A stretch of 64,000 bases of DNA from an uncultured Hyphomicrobium sp. (GCA_964651805.1 CAZYXX010000002.1:281516-345515), one strand, 5' to 3'. Shown: positions 8,836 to 18,288, counted from the stretch's first letter. The notes: generated from the sequence alone by a model not told the origin. Numbers and translations are program-made.

Positions 8836-10100
8836 AGACAAAAGTCATCGCGTCGGCAGGATTGACCGCGGTTGTTCTGGCGGCTGTGGCAGGCGGATAC
8901 ATCTACTTGCGCGATGGCGACGGCAAGCCGGAAGAGATCGCTCTTGTTAAGGGGCCGTCTTCATACGAGTCGAAGGCTGAAGACATCGCGAGAATGAATA
9001 ACGTCAAGGCGCTTGTTAGAGATCTCGGCATTGCACAAGATGGCGTCGCCCAAGGTGTCAGAGATGCCGTCGATCTGCAGGATCATATTATTATCGAGAT
9101 CGCCGAGACACTCGATGAGATCGATGTTCGAAACTGGCTATCGCCGCCCGACTATAATTCGGTGCTGGTTTACGTGCTGAGTGGCGGCGAACCAGATGTG
9201 CTACGCAAGATCGTCGACACAGGGGCAGGTAGCGAGTTCGAACGCAGACTGGCCGAAGGCGTGCTACAATTCGCCGAGAACGATCCGGAAAAGGCACGGA
9301 CATCACTAGAGACGATCGAGCCTCGCTTGCTCGAGGCGCAGTTGATGGGGCCGGTGTCGCTCGCGAAGGCATCGGTCTACGCCAAGAAAGAGCCGGATAA
9401 AGCGATCGCACTGCTGGATGATGCGCGGTTGATAAATCCTCACACGGCGATCGAAGAAGCGGCGATACGGCGCCAGCTCCCGCTGCTTATTCGCAAGGGC
9501 GAGGTGAGACGGGCCATGTTGCTCGCCACGGATTACATACATCGCTTTGGAAAATCCGCCTATAGCAGCAGCTTCCTGGAGGATTTTTCGCGATTCTACG
9601 TTTCGGATGGCAAGCATGATAGTGAATTCGCGGCACTGCAGTTCAAGGATATGATTGATAGCGCGGTGCCTGAAGTACGCGCCGAGGCATTTCTGGCAAT
9701 GTCGCGCGAAGCGCTGCTGAAAGGCCGCCTCATTCTCGGTCGCGCTATGGCTCAGTCAGCCGCCGAGGTTTCAGGGCAATCTTCCATCATATACGATCGT
9801 GCTCGTCTCTACCTCGCGGCGGCCAATGCACCGACGGAGAATGCGGCGACGGCGCAGGCTCGTCTGGCTGAGCCAATGTCTCCCGAAATGTCGGACGAAG
9901 ATGCGGAGATCCGCAGTGCCGCGAAGGAAATCGCGGGATCTGTTCTGCGCAAGGCCGACGTGGAGCTTGAGCCTGCGAAGCAGGTCGGCGTGCTCGGGGA
10001 TATCCCGAGCAGTAGGATGGCAAGTTCTAACCGCGCGCTTTCGCGGGCTCAGAAGGCGATCAAGGACGTGGACGCTATGATTGCGGAGAGTGTGAAATGA
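8832..10100 (+). CDS. motC: Chemotaxis/motility protein MotC
   Basis: VYVLSGGEP, ARLINPHTAIEEAAIRR motifs; directly after motB. Confidence 0.85.
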   Translation: MKTKVIASAGLTAVVLAAVAGGYIYLRDGDGKPEEIALVKGPSSYESKAEDIARMNNVKALVRDLGIAQDGVAQGVRDAVDLQDHIIIEIAETLDEIDVRNWLSPPDYNSVLVYVLSGGEPDVLRKIVDTGAGSEFERRLAEGVLQFAENDPEKARTSLETIEPRLLEAQLMGPVSLAKASVYAKKEPDKAIALLDDARLINPHTAIEEAAIRRQLPLLIRKGEVRRAMLLATDYIHRFGKSAYSSSFLEDFSRFYVSDGKHDSEFAALQFKDMIDSAVPEVRAEAFLAMSREALLKGRLILGRAMAQSAAEVSGQSSIIYDRARLYLAAANAPTENAATAQARLAEPMSPEMSDEDAEIRSAAKEIAGSVLRKADVELEPAKQVGVLGDIPSSRMASSNRALSRAQKAIKDVDAMIAESVK

Positions 10101-11671
10101 CAGCAGTAGCGGCAACGTCTGCGCCGGAAATCGTGCCGGCTCCCGTGCGTAATGACTCCAACAAAGCCCGGCAGGGGCAATCGCTTGCGCATGGCGCAAA
10201 GGATGCGACGAGCGCGAAAGGCACGAAGGCAATCGGCGCGGAAAAGAGTGGAAATGGCGCTGATCGCGCCGAGAAGGCTCAGAAGTCGGATTGCTCGGGC
10301 GCGACGGCCTGTGCGTTTGAAGACGAAGAGGGCACGAGCTTCGACGACGCAATATCAATGATGGATAACGCGGCCGATAAGCAACTTGAACAGAAAGCGG
10401 CGAACGCGTTGCCGCCCGTTGTGGCGCCGGGCGTCACGTTGTCAAAATTTGACGGCGCTCCTCCCGGTGAAGCAGATGCAAATCCCCCAGCGGACGGCAC
10501 AGGGCATGGGCCATTGCGTGCCCGGGCGGATTGGCTTGGCATCGGCATCGCGTCGGAAACCGCAGGAGAAGGCGAGAATGTGGTCGCAGGTGCCAACGTA
10601 CCAAGCGACGATCTATCTGCGACCGTATTCGATCGAGCTCGCGGTTTGAAGCTTGATGAGTTGGCAGGCACTGGCGAGCGCGGTCAGAATGTCGAGCTTA
10701 CAGAAGCGACGAGGGAACCTCGGGCGCGCGTGAATGTCGTTTCCCAAGAAGCGCACTGGAACTTCTCGTCTTCACCTCAACGCATCAGCTCGCGCATGGC
10801 TGAAACATTGGCCGTCGCCGGACCCGCTCTGGCTCAGGCGCGCCTACACGCACAGGCGGCCGCAACTGGTGATGTCAATCCGATAGTTGGCAAAGACGCG
10901 GATCTTGCGCCGAGTGCGACAGGGACGCCCAACATCCAGGCGGCAGCCCGAGCAGGCACGGCGGCCGGCGAGAGCGGTGGGCAAACGGATTCGGGCACCA
11001 ATCGCCAAGCTGGCGGAAGTGCTGCGACCGATCTTGTTCAGCAATTGCGCCGATCAGCGACCGTGAAGTCAGAAGGCACGACCGCAATCTCCCAGGCCGG
11101 GTTCGCAACGGACGCTGTGAAATCGCCCGCACAACAAGTCGCCGATGCGATCGTCAATTCCGCGCCGCCTCCCGGAACGGACGCGACGGGCGCCGCCGCG
11201 TCGGCGCCGAACAACGTTCTGCGCCGCCTCGATATCAAGCTCGATCCGGTCAATCTGGGTGAGGTCCAGGTCAAGCTATCGCTCAATGCAAATGCATTGA
11301 CTATCAGCATTTCGGCCGCCAATGCCGAGACGGCGAAGATGCTAAGTCAGGATCGGCAGCACATCGATGCCGGCATGCGCCGCGCCGGGTACGATCTCGT
11401 CGATTACACAGTTGCGGTCGCCACCAACGACGCCACCGCCGCATCGATAACAGCAGCCTCGCCAACGGGCGATACGCGGCCCTCCACGGGTCAGAACACC
11501 GGTGGCTCGTCCGCGTCACAGCAATCGCAGCTGCCGAACGGCTCCGGTGGCTCAAATGAGCGCGGCGCGGGTCGCAATGATTTCGGACAACAGCCGAGGC
11601 CGCATGCCGCCGAGCGCGTACTACGTGACGCATCTTCTGCGGCGGCCGTCCAGGGTGGGATCTATGTCTAG
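10097..11671 (+). CDS. fliK: Hook-length control protein FliK (rhizobial MotD)
   Basis: Low-complexity A/G/S/P-rich body; C-terminal LRRLDIKLDPVNLGEVQVKLSL...LSQDRQHIDAGMRRAGY. Confidence 0.88.
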   Translation: MTAVAATSAPEIVPAPVRNDSNKARQGQSLAHGAKDATSAKGTKAIGAEKSGNGADRAEKAQKSDCSGATACAFEDEEGTSFDDAISMMDNAADKQLEQKAANALPPVVAPGVTLSKFDGAPPGEADANPPADGTGHGPLRARADWLGIGIASETAGEGENVVAGANVPSDDLSATVFDRARGLKLDELAGTGERGQNVELTEATREPRARVNVVSQEAHWNFSSSPQRISSRMAETLAVAGPALAQARLHAQAAATGDVNPIVGKDADLAPSATGTPNIQAAARAGTAAGESGGQTDSGTNRQAGGSAATDLVQQLRRSATVKSEGTTAISQAGFATDAVKSPAQQVADAIVNSAPPPGTDATGAAASAPNNVLRRLDIKLDPVNLGEVQVKLSLNANALTISISAANAETAKMLSQDRQHIDAGMRRAGYDLVDYTVAVATNDATAASITAASPTGDTRPSTGQNTGGSSASQQSQLPNGSGGSNERGAGRNDFGQQPRPHAAERVLRDASSAAAVQGGIYV

Positions 11672-11695
11672 GGCGTCGGCCACATCGGAGGATGT

Positions 11696-12040
11696 ATGAG
11701 CTCGACCGGACTCAACGGGCCATTCAAGCTCGACTTTAGCACGATCGAAGACGAAGTGGTGGATGGTTCACCCGGCGCATTCGCGCTGGGATTCATCGAT
11801 CACATGAACCGATTTTGCCTCACATTTGTCGGCAGCGCCGGTTCCGACCTTAAACAGAAGCTGAAGCAGCACATCGGAACCGCGTCGCATTTCAAGTTCA
11901 AGCACTTCATCTCGCAGCGCGCCGCTTTCGAAAAGGAGTGCGAGATGTTTCACACATTCATGCCGAACGGGAATTTCCTGCATCCGGGGCGTCCGGCAAC
12001 GGAGAACTGGAAATGTCCTACGTGCGAGGGGCTACGCTGA
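11696..12040 (+). CDS. Small hypothetical protein, degenerate GIY-YIG-like with putative Cys/His metal site
   Basis: GGAGG RBS; GAF-x-FVG-x-DLKQKLKQH pattern; C-terminal C..H..HP..WKCPTC. Confidence 0.6.
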   Translation: MSSTGLNGPFKLDFSTIEDEVVDGSPGAFALGFIDHMNRFCLTFVGSAGSDLKQKLKQHIGTASHFKFKHFISQRAAFEKECEMFHTFMPNGNFLHPGRPATENWKCPTCEGLR

Positions 12041-12230
12041 GTTCGCGTAGCAGAGGCATGAGATCGCAAACGGCGCGATGATAACCTGAATGCCAATACA
12101 TGCTTTCCGCGGCCGAATGGTCGAGGTGCTTCTGACTTTCGAGAACGTCTGCGCCGGTGTGCGTCAGCCATGCCTCCATCGCCTGCATACGCGAGGCAAG
12201 CTGCTCGACGATTTCTGACTTGTCCGACAT
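12018..12230 (-). CDS. Small hypothetical protein (70 aa)
   Basis: GAGGG RBS about 9 nt before ATG 12230; protein-like QKHLD...YWHSGY; 3' end overlaps the convergent 11696 gene by 23 nt. Confidence 0.6.
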   Translation of the reverse strand: MSDKSEIVEQLASRMQAMEAWLTHTGADVLESQKHLDHSAAESMYWHSGYHRAVCDLMPLLRELSVAPRT

Positions 12231-12354
12231 TGCGCCCATCCCTCGGCCGCGCCGTGTTTTGGCTCAGCCCTGCGCCGCATCCTAGGAGAGAATGGTGCGT
12301 TTATCGCCAAACGCATCCGCGCAATTTTATCTATTTAGAACTTTGGCGAAGGGG

Positions 12355-12780
12355 CTAACCTCGCGTCGAGAGCTTCGCTGCAGCGGCATCCAGTAACCGA
12401 TTGGCAATTGTCATGCGTTCCGTTGCCAGTGCCCTCCAGGCCTCCGGAACCCGGTCGGGGTGGTTTCTCAAGGCGAACGCCCGGCGCAATACTGTGATAT
12501 CCGCCGCCGTTAAGTTTCGATTAAGTCCGAGTTCAGCGGCGATGCTGTCGGCGTCGCATGGTGGTTGCTCGGCTGCTTCGGCATCGCGGTAAGGTCCGGG
12601 TCGTTCGGCTGCGCTCTCTCCGACGCGATTGAAACCGATCGGGCTGTCCGGCAGCGCCAGGATGAAGGCCTTGCTGTTGGGCGTGGTGGAATCTCGTGCG
12701 GGAGCGTCAGTGTCGTTCGCCTCAGCGAGTTCTTCAATCATACCGTCGAATACCGTCACGGACGGTCTGCGAATGCGCAT
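12355..12780 (-). CDS. Protein with C-terminal J-domain-like helix hairpin
   Basis: ELGL...DITVLRRAFALRNHPDRV...TERMTIANRLLD contains the HPD motif; start may be as far upstream as 12843. Confidence 0.7.
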   Translation of the reverse strand: MRIRRPSVTVFDGMIEELAEANDTDAPARDSTTPNSKAFILALPDSPIGFNRVGESAAERPGPYRDAEAAEQPPCDADSIAAELGLNRNLTAADITVLRRAFALRNHPDRVPEAWRALATERMTIANRLLDAAAAKLSTRG

Positions 12781-12878
12781 GTTTGCTTCCGGTCTAAGCG
12801 GATTTCTGCCCGAAGCGGGTATAGTGGTGCGCAATCCTTGCAAGATGCTGGCGTCGGGGAGTTACGGCGCTGCGCGTT

Positions 12879-13283
12879 TCAGCGCAAAATGCTTTTTTGC
12901 AGACGCACGGCCGCGCGGAAGTAGTCCAGGCCGACGTCGTCACCATCGACGTATTGCTCAATGTCGGCGAAGCTTTCGAGGAAGGTGATCCCGAGACGTT
13001 GGCGCCCGACCCATTTGACCAACGCCGGAACGGTCGTACCGTCGAGCAGAACCAGAATCAGCGGTTCGTCGATGCGTGGGACGTTGCCGTCGACGATCGA
13101 CAGCTTTGCGCCGGTGCTTGAAAGGTCGAGCAGGTCGCAGATGAGTTTTCCGGACCGGGTGACGACGCCGACATGCTGCGCGAGCTGATGGCGATGTGTG
13201 CGCCGACGGTCGCCGTCGCTCTCCGCGTGACCGCCTGCTCCGCCGAGTACCGGGTTGTAGGGCTCAATCGCGTTGCGCTTCAT
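12879..13283 (-). CDS. PilZ-domain protein (putative c-di-GMP receptor)
   Basis: RRRTHR (RxxxR) and DLSSTGA (DxSxxG) motifs; ends KWVGRQRLGITF. Confidence 0.85.
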   Translation of the reverse strand: MKRNAIEPYNPVLGGAGGHAESDGDRRRTHRHQLAQHVGVVTRSGKLICDLLDLSSTGAKLSIVDGNVPRIDEPLILVLLDGTTVPALVKWVGRQRLGITFLESFADIEQYVDGDDVGLDYFRAAVRLQKSILR

Positions 13284-13645
13284 GACGCGGACAGTTCAAT
13301 TCAAAACCTTAGTCGGACTCCGTAACCGCAATATCTAGATACCAAATTCGATCTGGAGATTGCGAAATGCAGCCGGCCAAATTCCTTGCCGAATTGACCG
13401 GGTCGATGGACTATCGCAGCGTAACCTCAATTTTCCCTGAATGGAGACGCGTCCCGGGTTGTGATTCGCGCAGCTTTTCAAGGATAAACTGAGAACGCGC
13501 CAAGTTACATATACATCCGTGCAAGCGTGCAATTACTGATGTTTTTTTGGTACGTCGCAGAATAAACGGAAAAACAAGCTGTTAACAATTGCTTTGAATC
13601 ACTTATTCCTGTGGATTGAATTGTGGACAATTTGCGGGGACGGGA

Positions 13646-14476
13646 ATGTTTATCGTTTTGGACGATCGCGCGTCGATCGCCCGCGGGTATGTTGACTGCT
13701 TCGATCGCGAAGGGGTGGCGGCGATCGCGGTCGGCTCGCAGGAGCTCGAGGCTTGGTTCGATGCGATCGGGGATTCGGAGTCCGGGTCTATCGAGGGCAT
13801 TCTTCTTGGGCTGATCGAGGGTCGGGACCTCATTCCGGGGCGCCTGCGGTGTCGATGTCGTGCACCGATCATTGGCATTCTCGACGGCCGCGCCCTATCT
13901 GAAACCTTGCAGCTATTCTCGTCAGGCGTCGACGACGTCGTCGCAAAGCCTTTTCATGTCCGCGAAATACTGGCCCGCACGGGTGCGATCCGCCGCCGCG
14001 CCAGCCAGGCCGACGATAGCGTGGACGTGGGCGGTATCAGGGTCTTCTTCGACGGCCAGGATCCTCTGGTCGACGGCAAGCCTCTGCCTCTGCCGCGCCG
14101 GGAGCGGCGTATCCTCGAATACCTCGTGCTCAGCCGGAACTTGCGCGTGACGAAGACGCAAATATTCAATCGCGTCTATGGCGTCTTCAACGAGGGGATT
14201 CACGAGAACGTTATCGAAAGTCACATCAGCCGCTTGCGCAAACGGCTGAAGCAGCGGCTCGGGCATGACCCGATCGAGTCGCAGCGGTACCTCGGCTATA
14301 GGCTCGTCGGAGGAGAGGCGCGCGCAGAAGATCGTGGCGCCGATGTGGCGACGAACAGTTCCGCGCAAGCCGAGACTGGTTCACTCGTCTCCAATTGCAT
14401 TTCGGACGAGGAGAATTCCGATGGGTCTCTACGGCGTAATGACTACGAGCGTATCCGGCATGTCTGCGCAGGCTGA
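13646..14476 (+). CDS. rem: OmpR-family flagellar master regulator, Rem/FtcR/LafR type
   Basis: MFIVLDDR...EGILLG atypical receiver lacking the phospho-Asp; GVDDVVAKPFHVREILAR; wHTH ENVIESHISRLRKRL; immediately before flgE. Confidence 0.88.
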   Translation: MFIVLDDRASIARGYVDCFDREGVAAIAVGSQELEAWFDAIGDSESGSIEGILLGLIEGRDLIPGRLRCRCRAPIIGILDGRALSETLQLFSSGVDDVVAKPFHVREILARTGAIRRRASQADDSVDVGGIRVFFDGQDPLVDGKPLPLPRRERRILEYLVLSRNLRVTKTQIFNRVYGVFNEGIHENVIESHISRLRKRLKQRLGHDPIESQRYLGYRLVGGEARAEDRGADVATNSSAQAETGSLVSNCISDEENSDGSLRRNDYERIRHVCAG

Positions 14477-15683
14477 TCGCCTGGGAACCGTGGCTGACAA
14501 CATCGCAAACATCAATACCACTGGTTACAAGAAGGCCTCGACCGAGTTTTCGACACTCGTGCCTGAAGCGCGTCTGGTGCAGTACACGCCCGGTTCGGTC
14601 CAGACCACCATTCGAAAGGGAATTTCGGAGCAGGGTGAGCTGGCTTTCACCCGTTCGACGACTGACCTTGCCATCAATGGCAACGGTTTCTTCATGGTTC
14701 AGAACGCGAACGGTACGCCGTATCTGACGCGCGCGGGCGGCTTCGTTGCCAACAGCGAGGGCGAACTTGTAAACTCGGCTGGCTTCAAGCTGCTCGGCTA
14801 CGACCTTCTCAGCGGCAACCTTTCCTCGATCGTGAACAGCGCCGCCGGACTTGAGGTGGTCAGCACCGCGAACCTCGGTCTGCGGGCCGTCCCCTCGACG
14901 ACGGCGTCGCTGCAGGTCAACTTCCCGTCCAATGCCGACATCGTGGCATCGGGCGATTTGCCGGGTGCGAACCCAGCAAGCCCAGAATTTTCCGGCAAGA
15001 CGTCGATTGTCACTTACGACAACCTCGGCAACGAGGTGCTACTCGATATCTATTCAGCGAAGACGGCCGCCAACACTTGGCAGGTCAGTGTGTTCGATCA
15101 TGCGACCGCGGGGTCGAACGGAGGGTTCCCTTATTCTTCCGGGCCAATCGCAACGCCTACGACTTTCACATTCGACGGCTCGACTGGTCAATTCGCAACG
15201 TCGAGTCCCACCAGCCTCACGGTACCCATCCCGAATGGATCGCCGCTGACAATTAGCTACGGCGGCTCGACGCAGCTTTCAGCCGGTTATGTCGTGCAAG
15301 ACGCCGCAGTTAACGGCAACGCGCCAACGCGCGTCGACCGGCTTGAAGTCAGCAAGGAAGGAATCGTGACGGCCGTTTATGAGAACGGCACGCGCATTGA
15401 TGCCTATAAGATCCCGCTCGCGAACGTTGCAAGTCCGAACAATCTGACGACGCTATCTGGCAACGTCTTCTCACCCAACAATGAGTCGGGTGACCTCCAG
15501 ATCGGCATCGCGGGTACGGCGGCGCTGGGCTCGATCGTGTCGGGTGCCTTGGAAAAGCCGACGGTCGATCTGGCGTCCGAACTCACCACGATGGTCGAGG
15601 CTCAGCGCAGCTTCACGGCCAACTCGAAGGTTTTCCAGACGGGCGCGGATTTGATGGACGTTCTCGTCAACCTGAAGCGCTAG
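14421..15683 (+). CDS. flgE: Flagellar hook protein
   Basis: Start ATG 14421 after GAGGAG; ADNIANINTTGYK, TDLAINGNGFF, LTRAG; C-terminal VDLASELTTMVEAQRSFTANSK. Confidence 0.97.
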   Translation: MGLYGVMTTSVSGMSAQADRLGTVADNIANINTTGYKKASTEFSTLVPEARLVQYTPGSVQTTIRKGISEQGELAFTRSTTDLAINGNGFFMVQNANGTPYLTRAGGFVANSEGELVNSAGFKLLGYDLLSGNLSSIVNSAAGLEVVSTANLGLRAVPSTTASLQVNFPSNADIVASGDLPGANPASPEFSGKTSIVTYDNLGNEVLLDIYSAKTAANTWQVSVFDHATAGSNGGFPYSSGPIATPTTFTFDGSTGQFATSSPTSLTVPIPNGSPLTISYGGSTQLSAGYVVQDAAVNGNAPTRVDRLEVSKEGIVTAVYENGTRIDAYKIPLANVASPNNLTTLSGNVFSPNNESGDLQIGIAGTAALGSIVSGALEKPTVDLASELTTMVEAQRSFTANSKVFQTGADLMDVLVNLKR

Positions 15684-15693
15684 CGCTTCAGGT
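15670..15693. repeat. Perfect 24-bp palindrome centred on the flgE stop codon
   Basis: ACCTGAAGCGCTAGCGCTTCAGGT equals its own reverse complement. Confidence 0.8.
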
Positions 15694-15711
15694 CACTTGA
15701 GGCAAGGTTAG

Positions 15712-17184
15712 ATGGGCATTGGTGTCGGTCTCGATGTAGCGCGATCAAGTTTGGCGGTGGCGAGCGAGCAAATCTCGATCGTCTCGCGTAACGTCGCGCG
15801 CATCGACGATCCCAATGCCACGCGCAAAGTCGCGCGGGTCGTCACCGGGCCTGGATCACAGGTCCACATCGCTCGGGTAGACCGGGCGTACGACAGCCTG
15901 ATGCTGGAGAAGTACCTCAGCTCCAATTCGAGCGCGACGACGCAAACGACCATACTGAATGCGCTCACGCAGCTTTCGCAGACGATCGGCGACGCTGATA
16001 CTGGGCGGTCTCCGGCCAATCTCATCGCGCAACTCGGTGGCGCGCTTCAGCAGTACGCGACCAATCCCCAGAACGCGGCTGTTGGGGCTTCGGTTGTGTC
16101 ATCGGCCAAGGATCTGGCCTATGCGCTCAACGAAGCGACGCTGGCGGTCAATTCGGTGCGCCAGCAGGCTGACGCCGACATCGCCAATTCGGTCGCCGAC
16201 ATCAACACGCTGCTCAAGCAGTTCGGAGAACTCAACGCGCAGATCGTGCAAGGGTCACGCGGCGGCGGAGACCTGACGGATCTGATGGATGCGCGCGACG
16301 GCGTGCTGAAGCAGCTTTCGGCTGAGCTCGGCATTCGCACCATTTCCCGCACCGACAACGACATCGCGATTTTCACCGATAGTGGCGTCACGTTGTTCGA
16401 CAAGGTGCCGCGAACCGTGACTTTCGGCGCGACGTCGATGCTGCAGGCCGGCGGTACCGGCAATGCCGTCTACGCGGATGGCGTGCCGATTGCGGGTGCG
16501 CAGCATGTCATGGCCGTCGGCTCCGGGCGGCTCGCCGGCCTTGTGGCGGTTCGCGACGAGATCGCGCCGGCCTATCAGAAGCAACTCGACGAGATCGCTC
16601 GCGGGCTGATCGAGGCTTTCGCGGAATATGACCAATCGGCTTCGCCGACTTTGCCTGCGGCGGCCGGTCTGTTCACCTACAACGGCGGTCCGTCCATTCC
16701 GACGACGGGCGTCCTGATCTCGGGTCTCGCCGGGCAGATAAAGGTCAACCCGAACGTGGACCCGTCGGCGGGCGGCAACCCGGTCTTGATTCGCGACGGC
16801 GCTATCTCGGGCAACCCAGCTTACGCATATAACGCCTCGGGTGCCGCCTCATTCACAGATCGCATCCAGGATCTGATCTCACAGATCGATGCGACGCGGT
16901 CCTTCGATGTCTCGGCGCAGGTGGGTGCGAGTGGAAGCCTCAGTTCCGTCTCGAAGGATTCGGTCGCGTGGCTTGAAGAGTTGCGTCAGTCGGCGAAATC
17001 GGAAGCCGACTATCGCAGTACAGTGAGCCAGAGGGCGGGAGCATCGCTTCAGAAGGAGACAGGCATCAGTCTCGATGAAGAGATGACCAACATGCTGAGC
17101 CTGGAGCGTACGTTCCAGGCGTCATCGCGGATCATAAAGACGATCGACGACATGCTGGCGTCGCTCCTGGCGATAACAGGATAG
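15712..17184 (+). CDS. flgK: Hook-associated protein 1
   Basis: ISIVSRNVAR N-terminus; GISLDEEMTNMLSLERTFQASSRII C-terminus. Confidence 0.95.
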   Translation: MGIGVGLDVARSSLAVASEQISIVSRNVARIDDPNATRKVARVVTGPGSQVHIARVDRAYDSLMLEKYLSSNSSATTQTTILNALTQLSQTIGDADTGRSPANLIAQLGGALQQYATNPQNAAVGASVVSSAKDLAYALNEATLAVNSVRQQADADIANSVADINTLLKQFGELNAQIVQGSRGGGDLTDLMDARDGVLKQLSAELGIRTISRTDNDIAIFTDSGVTLFDKVPRTVTFGATSMLQAGGTGNAVYADGVPIAGAQHVMAVGSGRLAGLVAVRDEIAPAYQKQLDEIARGLIEAFAEYDQSASPTLPAAAGLFTYNGGPSIPTTGVLISGLAGQIKVNPNVDPSAGGNPVLIRDGAISGNPAYAYNASGAASFTDRIQDLISQIDATRSFDVSAQVGASGSLSSVSKDSVAWLEELRQSAKSEADYRSTVSQRAGASLQKETGISLDEEMTNMLSLERTFQASSRIIKTIDDMLASLLAITG

Positions 17185-17188
17185 CGCG

Positions 17189-18241
17189 ATGATCTATCCT
17201 TCATTCATATCGACGGTGGCGATCTCCAACGAGACGCGGCTCTCGATCGCGCGCATGCAGGCGCGTCTGGTCGAAGCGCAGACGGAAATGGCGACCGGAC
17301 GGCACGCGGACGTTGGTCTCACGCTCGGCGCGAAGTCGGGCATTACCACGTCGCTCAGGCAAGATCGTGCGCAGCTGCAGGCGATCAAGGATTCAAACAC
17401 GCTTGTTGCTACGCGCCTGACGGCGTCGCAGACCAGTCTGACCAACATATCCGATCTCGCGCAGAACTTCCTCGCGGCCATAGTGCGCGCGCAGTCTACA
17501 TCGCTTACCGACAATACAATCATCGCGGAAGCGCAAGCGACTCTCAAATCCTTCAATGAAGCCCTGAACGCGTCGGTTGACGGCCAATATCTGTTTGCCG
17601 GAATCAATTCCGACGTAAGGCCGGTCGATTCATATTTCGGCGAAATACCGCCCGCCAGCCGGCAGGCGATGGCGGCCGCATTTCAGGCAGCGTTCGGGTT
17701 TGATCAAACCTCGGCAAGCGTGGCGACGATATCGGCATCGGCCATGCAGAACTTTCTGGACAACGATTATGCGGCGATGTTCGCCAACCCGAGCTGGAGC
17801 GCTGACTGGTCGTACGCATCCGACAAGAACGTGCGCAACCGCATTTCGAGACTAGAGCTTGAAGACGTTTCGACGAACGCCAATCAGCAGGCATTTAGAG
17901 ACCTCACCGCCGCACTCGTGATGGTCGCCGACAGCGGCTTCGACAAGATGTCGGAAGTAACGCGCGGTGTGATGCTCGAGCGGGCGTCCAACCTGGTCAT
18001 GAGCGCCATCGGCGCCGTTTCGGGCATTCAATCTACGCTTGGCGTGACGCAAGAGCGCTTGTCAAAGTCATCTGAAACTCTCGGTCTGCAGATTGGCCTG
18101 ATCGATAAGTCGATCACCGACCTGGAGGGTGTCGATCCGAACGAAGTCGCGACGCGACTGTCGACGCTGACTACGCAGATGGAAGCCGCCTATTCAATAA
18201 CACGTAGAATCCACGACTTGAGCATCATCGACTATCTGTAA
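17189..18241 (+). CDS. flgL: Hook-associated protein 3
   Basis: TEMATGRHADVG, GQYLFAGINSD, LEGVDPNEVATRL...AYSITRRI; follows flgK. Confidence 0.92.
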   Translation: MIYPSFISTVAISNETRLSIARMQARLVEAQTEMATGRHADVGLTLGAKSGITTSLRQDRAQLQAIKDSNTLVATRLTASQTSLTNISDLAQNFLAAIVRAQSTSLTDNTIIAEAQATLKSFNEALNASVDGQYLFAGINSDVRPVDSYFGEIPPASRQAMAAAFQAAFGFDQTSASVATISASAMQNFLDNDYAAMFANPSWSADWSYASDKNVRNRISRLELEDVSTNANQQAFRDLTAALVMVADSGFDKMSEVTRGVMLERASNLVMSAIGAVSGIQSTLGVTQERLSKSSETLGLQIGLIDKSITDLEGVDPNEVATRLSTLTTQMEAAYSITRRIHDLSIIDYL

Positions 18242-18288
18242 GTTCCGCTTCCGCAACCAGAAAACAAACAACCAACGCGACCTGACAG

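Noticed and set aside
13581-13600. Possible CtrA box upstream of rem (TTAA-N7-TTTG)
   Set aside because: Second half-site does not match TTAA; I found no complete TTAA-N7-TTAA in the intergenic regions examined
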